A DNA stretch of 64,000 nt, taken from Bacillota bacterium (GTDB taxonomy: Bacteria; Bacillota; Clostridia; UBA1381). Both the position numbers and the translations under genes were made by a program. Shown one piece after another: positions 58,115 through 64,000 of the stretch (the first letter of the stretch is position 1; the number at the start of each line of letters is the position of its first letter). The stretch lies in the NCBI GenBank assembly GCA_029007725.1, contig JAQXIJ010000028.1, positions 6,115 to 70,114 on the forward strand, given 5' to 3'. The notes under the pieces were generated by a model. It worked only from the letters and a program-made list of their open reading frames with translations, ran no database searches and was not told the DNA's origin.

Positions 58115-58657
58115 CTATTTCACAAACCGGATTAGCTTTTTTACGCAGAGAGCCGCGAGCATTATTTTTATAATATCGGGGATTATAAATGGAAACACGC
58201 ATTTCAAAAGCACGCTTATAATTCCGATGCTACCGGTGTTTGCGGAATAGATGCAGATGTACCATACCGTGCCGAATGCGTAGCAGACTGCGACTCCGGC
58301 GAGCATGGACGGAATCAGTACGCGCATTTTTCTGCCGAAACGCTCCGCGGCAAAACCGCTTATAAGAGCGAGGAACAAAAATCCTATGACATAGCCGCCA
58401 GTAGCACCGAGAATAACCTCGGCACCTGACTTAAAGGATGCGAACACAGGCAGGCCTATTGCACCGAGAAGAATGTAGATTAAAACCGACAGTGTGCCGC
58501 GCTTTGCGCCAAGAAGTCCTCCGGCAGCCGCAACAGCAAAGGTTTGCAGCGTGAAGGGGACCACGGATGGAACGGCAATCCATGCGCAGACCGTAATCAG
58601 GGCAGTGCACATTGCAATATAGGAAATATTTTTTGTTGAACCTGATATTTTTGACAT
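58115..58657 (-). CDS. bioY: Biotin transporter BioY (ECF S component)
   Basis: ...PFTLQTFAV...G..LG...G......YILLGAIGLPVFA....G......ATGGYVIGF motifs; 180 aa. Confidence 0.9.
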   Translation of the reverse strand: MSKISGSTKNISYIAMCTALITVCAWIAVPSVVPFTLQTFAVAAAGGLLGAKRGTLSVLIYILLGAIGLPVFASFKSGAEVILGATGGYVIGFLFLALISGFAAERFGRKMRVLIPSMLAGVAVCYAFGTVWYICIYSANTGSIGIISVLLKCVFPFIIPDIIKIMLAALCVKKLIRFVK

Positions 58658-58707
58658 ATTTTTTCTCCGTTCGTTAAATTTAATATTATGCTAACACAAT
58701 ATAATGT

Positions 58708-58743
58708 AATTGTCAACTATAAATTCTAAAAAAGTTGACAATT
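58708..58743. promoter_or_regulatory. BirA-type operator overlapping the bioY promoter
   Basis: Perfect inverted repeat AATTGTCAAC (58708-58717), 16-nt spacer, GTTGACAATT (58734-58743). This compares with the Bacillus bioO half-site ATTGTTAAC. The promoter-proximal half-site supplies a TTGACA -35 element on the minus strand. Confidence 0.65.
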
Positions 58744-58847
58744 CTCAAAAGCCTTGCAGTGCCTTAGCCTGCGGCACTTTGATAAAAAAATATCAAAATG
58801 ACACCGAAATATAATACACAATATATAGAAAAAATTTAAAAAAAGGC

Positions 58848-58875
58848 TTGCAATTGGAACAATATATGGTATAAT
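58848..58875 (+). promoter_or_regulatory. Sigma-70-type promoter of nrdDG-dut with embedded NrdR-box-like sequence
   Basis: TTGCAA (58848-58853), 16-nt spacer, TATAAT (58870-58875). The spacer contains AACAATATATGGT. Confidence 0.6.
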
Positions 58876-59008
58876 AGATATTGCCCTTTGTAGTGACACT
58901 TTATGAATTTACACAAAAATATTATATATAGGAAACGGTTCGGCGTGTTGCATTTTGTCAAAAAGCGCAAACGTCAAGGTAAAAGAGATATTTTTAAGGA
59001 GAGCAGAC

Positions 59009-61186
59009 ATGAAGATTATTAAAAGAAACGGAACTGAAGTTGTTTTCGATCCTGCAAAAATCAGAATGGCTATAAAAAAGGCGAATGAGAGCGTTTTGGA
59101 AAGCGAGCGCATGACCGATGAGCAGATAGACACCATTTCGGAAAATGTAACAAATGCCTGTGCGAATATTAAGCGTTCGATGAGTGTTGAGGAGATTCAG
59201 GATCGCGTTGAGGATCAGATTATGAATCAAAAAGCGTTCGATGTTGCGCGAAATTACATTACATACAGATACAACAGATCTCTTGTGCGTAAGTCTAACA
59301 CCACCGATGAACAAATTTTAACACTTATCGAGTGCAACAACGAAGAGGTCAAACAAGAAAATTCCAATAAAAACCCTACCGTAAACAGTGTTCAGCGCGA
59401 CTATATGGCAGGTGAGGTCAGCAAGGATATTACCAAGAGAATTCTGTTGCCGCAGGATATTGTCGAGGCGCACGAGGCGGGAATAATTCACTTCCACGAT
59501 GCTGATTATTTTGCGCAGCATATGCACAACTGCGACCTTGTAAACCTTGAGGATATGCTGCAGAACGGTACGGTAATTTCTGGCACGATGATTGAAAAGC
59601 CGCACAGCTTTTCTACCGCCTGCAACATTTCGACGCAGATTATTGCACAGGTGGCGTCTAGCCAGTACGGCGGGCAGAGTATTTCGCTTACGCATCTTGC
59701 ACCTTTCGTAGATGTCAGCCGCAAAAAAATTCGCAGGGACGTTGAGGCAGAAATTAAAGAACTCGGGGCTTCGGCAAGTGATGATGTAATATCGGATATT
59801 GTCGAAAGACGGCTGCGTGATGAAATCAAAAAAGGCTGCCAGATGATTCAGTACCAGGTTGTTACGCTTATGACCACAAACGGTCAGGCGCCTTTTGTAA
59901 CCGTATTTATGTATCTCGGCGAGGCCAAGGAGTCGCAGCTTAAGCATGATTTGGCTATGATTATAGAAGAAATGCTAAATCAGCGCATCGTCGGCGTAAA
60001 GAATGAGTCGGGTGTGTGGATCACTCCGGCATTTCCGAAGCTGATTTATGTGCTTGAAGAGGATAACATTCACGAGGATTCAAAATATTACTACCTTACA
60101 AAGCTTGCGGCAAAATGTACTGCAAAGCGCATGGTTCCGGACTATATTTCGGAAAAAATGATGCTTAAGCTGAAGGTGGACAAAAACGGCGAGGGGCACT
60201 GCTACACCTGCATGGGTTGCCGTTCGTTCCTAACTCCGTATGTTGACGAAAACGGAAAGCCGAAGTATTACGGCCGATTTAATCAGGGTGTAGTTACTCT
60301 TAATCTTGTTGATATTGCATTGTCATCGGGTAGAGATAAGGCAAAATTCTGGAAAATTTTTGACGAGCGGCTGGAGCTTTGCTACCGAGCGCTTATGTGC
60401 AGGCATAATCGGCTCAAGGGTACCTTGAGCGATGCAGCGCCGATTTTGTGGCAGTATGGTGCACTTGCGCGTCTTAAAAAGGGCGAACCTATTGATAAGC
60501 TGCTTTACGGAGGTTACTCTACCATTTCACTAGGCTATGCTGGACTGTATGAATGTGTAAAGTACATGACAGGAAAATCCCACACCGACCCTGAGGCAAC
60601 GCCGTTTGCGCTGGACGTTATGAAATATCTTAACCTTGCGACTCAAAAGTGGAAGGAACAGGAGAACATTGATTTCAGCCTTTATGGAACGCCGCTTGAA
60701 TCGACAACATATAAGTTTGCAAAGTGCCTGCAAAAGAGATTCGGCATAATTGAGGGAATTACCGACAAAAATTATATAACAAACAGCTACCATGTTCATG
60801 TTACAGAGAAAATTGACGCATTTTCAAAGCTGGCATTTGAATCGCAGTTCCAGCAGCTTTCACCCGGCGGTGCGATAAGCTATGTTGAAGTTCCGAATAT
60901 GCAGAACAATCTTGAGGCAGTGCTGGAACTGATGAAGTTTATCTATGATAATATTATGTATGCAGAACTTAATACCAAGTCGGACTACTGTCAGTGCTGC
61001 GGATTTGACGGTGAAATTGAAATAGTAACCGATGAGGACGGTAAGCTCATCTGGAAATGCCCTAACTGCGGCAATACAGATGAAACAAAGCTGAATGTGG
61101 CAAGGCGCACCTGCGGATATATCGGAACTCAGTTCTGGAATCAAGGCAGAACGCAGGAAATTAAAGAACGTGTTTTGCATTTATAG
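59009..61186 (+). CDS. nrdD: Anaerobic ribonucleoside-triphosphate reductase
   Basis: RBS AAGGAGAG precedes ATG 59009. ATP-cone N-terminus (MKIIKRNGTEVVFDPAKI), C-terminal Zn ribbon (CQCCGF...CPNCG) and glycyl-radical motif RRTCGYIG. Confidence 0.95.
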   Translation: MKIIKRNGTEVVFDPAKIRMAIKKANESVLESERMTDEQIDTISENVTNACANIKRSMSVEEIQDRVEDQIMNQKAFDVARNYITYRYNRSLVRKSNTTDEQILTLIECNNEEVKQENSNKNPTVNSVQRDYMAGEVSKDITKRILLPQDIVEAHEAGIIHFHDADYFAQHMHNCDLVNLEDMLQNGTVISGTMIEKPHSFSTACNISTQIIAQVASSQYGGQSISLTHLAPFVDVSRKKIRRDVEAEIKELGASASDDVISDIVERRLRDEIKKGCQMIQYQVVTLMTTNGQAPFVTVFMYLGEAKESQLKHDLAMIIEEMLNQRIVGVKNESGVWITPAFPKLIYVLEEDNIHEDSKYYYLTKLAAKCTAKRMVPDYISEKMMLKLKVDKNGEGHCYTCMGCRSFLTPYVDENGKPKYYGRFNQGVVTLNLVDIALSSGRDKAKFWKIFDERLELCYRALMCRHNRLKGTLSDAAPILWQYGALARLKKGEPIDKLLYGGYSTISLGYAGLYECVKYMTGKSHTDPEATPFALDVMKYLNLATQKWKEQENIDFSLYGTPLESTTYKFAKCLQKRFGIIEGITDKNYITNSYHVHVTEKIDAFSKLAFESQFQQLSPGGAISYVEVPNMQNNLEAVLELMKFIYDNIMYAELNTKSDYCQCCGFDGEIEIVTDEDGKLIWKCPNCGNTDETKLNVARRTCGYIGTQFWNQGRTQEIKERVLHL

Positions 61187-61194
61187 GAGATATA

Positions 61195-61713
61195 ATGAAC
61201 TATTGCGGCATTAAAAAAAATGATATTGCAAACGGAACTGGGGTGCGCGTGACACTGTTTGTTTCGGGGTGTACGCACCGGTGTCATGGCTGTTTTCAGC
61301 CGCAGACATGGGATTTTTCGTACGGAGATGAATTTACGACGGAAGTCGAGGCGGAGATTATGACAGCGCTTGAACCGAGTTACATTCACGGACTGACGCT
61401 TTTGGGCGGAGAACCGTTTGAGCCGGAAAACCAGCGTGTGCTTGTGGATTTTTTGACACGTGTGCGAGAGCGCTTTCCGCAAAAGTCCATTTGGTGCTAC
61501 ACCGGCTATCTCTTTGACAAAGAGCTTATGAGGCCTTCACGTGCAAGATGCGAGGTTACGGACAGAATGCTGTCGATGATTGACGTTCTTGTTGACGGCG
61601 AGTTTGTACTGAGCAAGAAAAATATAAGTTTGCAGTTCAGAGGCTCCGAAAACCAGCGCATAATTGATGTAAAAAAATCTGTGTCAGCCGGAAAAATCGT
61701 GTTATGGAGCTGA
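61195..61713 (+). CDS. nrdG: Anaerobic ribonucleotide reductase activating protein (radical SAM)
   Basis: ...NGTGVRVTLFVSGCTHRCHGCFQPQTW (CxxxCxxC cluster motif); 172 aa. Confidence 0.9.
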   Translation: MNYCGIKKNDIANGTGVRVTLFVSGCTHRCHGCFQPQTWDFSYGDEFTTEVEAEIMTALEPSYIHGLTLLGGEPFEPENQRVLVDFLTRVRERFPQKSIWCYTGYLFDKELMRPSRARCEVTDRMLSMIDVLVDGEFVLSKKNISLQFRGSENQRIIDVKKSVSAGKIVLWS

Positions 61714-61736
61714 CGCGCCTGTGGAAAGGTAAAAAT

Positions 61737-62171
61737 ATGAATGTGTATATAAAAAAATTGAGAGAAAATGCGGTGATACCTACGCGTGGCTCTGAAAACG
61801 CAGCAGGCTATGACCTTTATGCCTGCATTGATGAGCCGATTGAAATTAAGCCTCACTGTACCGCAAAAATCGGTACGGGACTGGCGCTTGCTGTGCCGGA
61901 CGGTTATTTCGGTGCAATTTTTGCAAGAAGCGGACTGGCGGCAAAACAGGGACTCAGACCGTCAAATTGCGTCGGCGTTGCCGACAGCGACTACCGCGGC
62001 GAATATATTGTGGCGCTTCACAACGACGGCGAGGAGACAAGGATGGTAAATCCGAACGACCGTATTGCACAGCTGGTGGTTATGCCATATCTTCCGGTTT
62101 GCTTTGAGGAAACCGACAGCTTGGACGAAACTGTGCGAGGTGAAGGCGGCTTCGGGAGTACTGGAAAATAA
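61737..62171 (+). CDS. dut: dUTP diphosphatase
   Basis: ...PTRGSENAAGYDLYA...ARSGLA...G.ADSDYRGE...RIAQLV...RGEGGFGSTG, all five dUTPase motifs. Confidence 0.95.
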   Translation: MNVYIKKLRENAVIPTRGSENAAGYDLYACIDEPIEIKPHCTAKIGTGLALAVPDGYFGAIFARSGLAAKQGLRPSNCVGVADSDYRGEYIVALHNDGEETRMVNPNDRIAQLVVMPYLPVCFEETDSLDETVRGEGGFGSTGK

Positions 62172-62177
62172 AATTAA

Positions 62178-62215
62178 AGCGTGAGCGGATTTTGAAGTTC
62201 CGCCCGCGCTTTTTT
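62178..62215. terminator. Bidirectional terminator between dut and tspO
   Basis: AGCGTGAGCGGA / TCCGCCCGCGCT stem (one mismatch, one wobble), flanked by T5 on the + strand and a U-rich tract on the - strand. Confidence 0.7.
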
Positions 62216-62669
62216 ATGAATTGATGAGCCATATAGCAAAGGTCAGATAGCCGGCATATGACGCCCACAAAAGGTAAGGAACCTGTATCCATGCGGCATT
62301 TTTGTCGATTGATATAAAGTCTATAATCATCATTATAATCAGCACAACCAGCAGGAGCAGCCATATGAACGCGAACAAAAATGCGCGCATATTAAAAAAA
62401 ATCAGCGTCCATGCAAAGTTTACAAAAAGCTGCAGCCAGTATGAAAACGGAATGCTGCCGCTTTTGATTTTGCATATTGCCGCTCCGGATCCCATAAGCA
62501 CGAAGAGTATTGTCCATATTATCGGAAACACGAATGCCGAGGGTGTTCCGGGTGGGGTTATGATTTCGTCAAATAAGCTAAAATTTCCCATTGTAAGCAG
62601 TGACGAAACGGCGCCGGTCAACAGTGTAATAGCAATCTGCAAAGCGTATGTTTTTATTTTCGATTTCAC
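62214..62669 (-). CDS. tspO: TspO/MBR family (tryptophan-rich sensory) membrane protein
   Basis: 151 aa with 5 TM helices. ...PPG..F..IWTILF.LMG... and ...W...Y.LW...A..L...IW motifs. Confidence 0.85.
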   Translation of the reverse strand: MKSKIKTYALQIAITLLTGAVSSLLTMGNFSLFDEIITPPGTPSAFVFPIIWTILFVLMGSGAAICKIKSGSIPFSYWLQLFVNFAWTLIFFNMRAFLFAFIWLLLLVVLIIMMIIDFISIDKNAAWIQVPYLLWASYAGYLTFAIWLINS

Positions 62670-62827
62670 AATATCACCTCGTATAAATAGTATATTTCAT
62701 GCGACACATAATATGCTGTTTATGCACGTTTTGATTGTAAATTGGAAGAAAAAGTATATAATCGGTATATGTTGTGGTTATATTTTTGAAAAAATTAAAA
62801 AACATACAATATTTATTAAGAAAAGTG

Positions 62828-62856
62828 TTGCAATTTGTCAAACGGTGTGATATAAT
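62828..62856 (+). promoter_or_regulatory. Orphan sigma-70-type promoter
   Basis: TTGCAA (62828-62833), 17-nt spacer, TATAAT (62851-62856). Confidence 0.6.
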
Positions 62857-62910
62857 GTAATCGTAGATGGAAATTACATTCTACCCTTTTATCCTATACA
62901 TATCAAGCCT

Positions 62911-62936
62911 AAAAGCATCGTACACCGATGCTTTTT
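62911..62936 (+). terminator. Intrinsic terminator about 75 nt downstream of the orphan promoter
   Basis: AAAAGCAUCG-uacac-CGAUGCUUUUU (6-bp GC-containing stem extendable through A/U pairs, then U5). Confidence 0.6.
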
Positions 62937-63395
62937 CGTTTTGAAATGAAAGGAAAAAGGTTAGCTGTATCCGTCATACGGAAAAAGGGAATGACTGTAG
63001 ACAATCTGAGCGCATATGTAGCTATTTTTAAAATTGCCGTTTATGTGGTATCATTTATAGTCTATGATGAACTATATAATGTCGGCGTCGCTGTTTTCAT
63101 CAACGAACGGTTGGATTTGGAATTTGCCTCTTCGCCGTTAATGTTTATTCTTGGTTCATCTATAACTGCTACCTGTGACTCGGCATTTTTTTACTCTCTG
63201 CGTTTGTGTAAGTGGAAAGAATTAAAACCGGCAAAAGTACGCATGAAAATCTTTTAAAATTATTCCGATCTACTCTTTGTTACATTAGGCGTAAATTTGC
63301 CGTAGCATAAATCGAGCCGGAAAGCAATTTATGCACGGAAATGAGAGAGAAAACAATATGTTTTGGTGTATATTACACAAAAATAAATAAAATTG

Positions 63396-63424
63396 TTGAC
63401 AAGTATAAAAAAATATGCGATAAT
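63396..63424 (+). promoter_or_regulatory. Sigma-70-type promoter of the lysine riboswitch leader
   Basis: TTGACA (63396-63401), 17-nt spacer, GATAAT (63419-63424). Confidence 0.65.
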
Positions 63425-63454
63425 TGAAAGTAGCATTAGAATATCGTATAAAAC

Positions 63455-63689
63455 CGACGAATGTTAGAGGTGCGGTATTTATAAGTAGGACGCTTCGACT
63501 GTAGGCAAAGGGGGCGCGCCGAAAGGAAACACCGCCGAAATATACAGCTTTGTTGCCTTGGGGCTGTATATTGGGCTGCAGCATAACATGCTGCGGACTG
63601 TCACACTTGTGAAGCGCTAACCGTAGTTTTAAGTATTTGAGTTTGTTTATTAAACCGTGTACGTAGACTATCAGCGTTCACGGTTTTTT
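63455..63689 (+). ncRNA. Lysine riboswitch (L-box) with a terminator expression platform
   Basis: Conserved blocks AGAGGUGCG, AAGUAGG, AAAGGGGGCGCGCCGAAAGG and GGACUGUCA in the order seen in B. subtilis lysC. P1 pairs GUUAG with CUAAC. The terminator AACCGUG...CACGGUU plus U6 lies at 63653-63689. Confidence 0.85.
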
Positions 63690-63732
63690 GAATTTCTTAT
63701 GCATAAAATATTTTTAAAAGGTGGTAAGATAT

Positions 63733-64000
63733 ATGAAAAAAATTATTTCTGTTTTAATGGCTGCGGCAGTTGTGCTGGGTCTTGCAGGATGTGGCGCTAC
63801 AAAAGACGACACTGCAAAGGATGACAGCGTTCTGCGTGTAGGCATGGAGTGCAACTATGCACCTTACAACTGGTCACAGGCGGACGATTCAAACGGAGCG
63901 GTTGCCATCGCAAACGTTGACAATATGTACACAAACGGCTACGATGTTCAGGTTGCACAAAAGATTGCCGACACTATGGGCAAAAAGCTTGAAATTTATT
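63733..64000 (+). CDS. Amino-acid ABC transporter substrate-binding lipoprotein (5' part; runs off the window)
   Basis: RBS AAGGTGG. Lipoprotein signal MKKIISVLMAAAVVLGLAGCG. ...LRVGMECNYAPYNW... is typical of family-3 solute-binding proteins. It sits under L-box control. Confidence 0.8.
   Translation, partial: MKKIISVLMAAAVVLGLAGCGATKDDTAKDDSVLRVGMECNYAPYNWSQADDSNGAVAIANVDNMYTNGYDVQVAQKIADTMGKKLEIY

Noticed and set aside
62928-63257. 109-codon + strand ORF downstream of the orphan promoter/terminator unit.
   Set aside because: Its first ATG lies inside the terminator stem. None of the three in-frame ATGs (62928, 62946, 62991) has a properly spaced RBS. The protein has no recognisable motif. 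It may be a decayed gene or non-coding, so it is mentioned under the sRNA finding instead.
63285-63584. 99-codon minus-strand ORF.
   Set aside because: It is antisense to the lysine riboswitch and its promoter and has no RBS. This is a shadow ORF.
1-64000. Screened for CRISPR arrays, tandem repeats, prophage or integrase genes, toxin-antitoxin pairs, restriction-modification or other defence genes, and rRNA.
   Set aside because: No regularly spaced direct repeats, no cas or integrase-like ORFs and no rRNA-like sequence were seen. The only mobile DNA is the IS3 relic and its miniature derivative.

Overview
This looks like a low-GC Firmicutes chromosome segment. Gene content and order suggest class Clostridia, possibly Oscillospiraceae/Ruminococcaceae-like, but that placement is inference only. 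The window is densely packed with housekeeping genes. In order it carries: an SH3b-NlpC/P60 wall hydrolase, comEC, holA, a MATE pump, an orphan lipoprotein, the DUF512-der-plsY-gpsA cluster, mntP, mnmA, asnA, an AlaX-type editing protein, and a stand-alone trpB2. Next come an rluA-family gene and an aromatic amino-acid operon (DAHP synthase, tyrA, aroB, aroA, aroC, pheA). These are followed by an ECF S-component, a methyltransferase, ecfA1-ecfA2-ecfT-truA, rho, a HisJ-type PHP phosphatase, and metF with a split methionine synthase. The second half holds a CPA2 antiporter, yhbY with a fused nadD-yqeK, pckA, an AraC/FAD-oxidoreductase pair, tRNA-Leu(CAA), a second MATE pump, an SLH surface protein, pyrG, queT, bioY, nrdD-nrdG-dut, tspO and the start of an amino-acid ABC binding protein. 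I found no CRISPR array, prophage, defence island or other obvious novel multi-gene system. The most interesting signals are regulatory or mobile. (1) A Phe/Tyr-rich 27-codon leader peptide plus terminator sits in front of the aro operon. (2) An 11-slot, 5-nt-periodic (G/U/C)AG triplet array plus terminator sits in the trpB2 leader and resembles a TRAP site. (3) A decayed IS3-family element has a roughly 113-bp MITE-like derivative elsewhere in the window that serves as a bidirectional terminator. (4) An orphan consensus promoter, two hairpins and a terminator form a unit with no credible downstream CDS. (5) Recognisable preQ1-I and lysine riboswitches are present, along with a BirA-type operator, NrdR-like boxes and a pyrG leader attenuator. 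(6) There is an internally deleted yaiI/UPF0178 pseudogene. All family assignments come from reading the translated ORFs and from remembered motifs. No database search was run.
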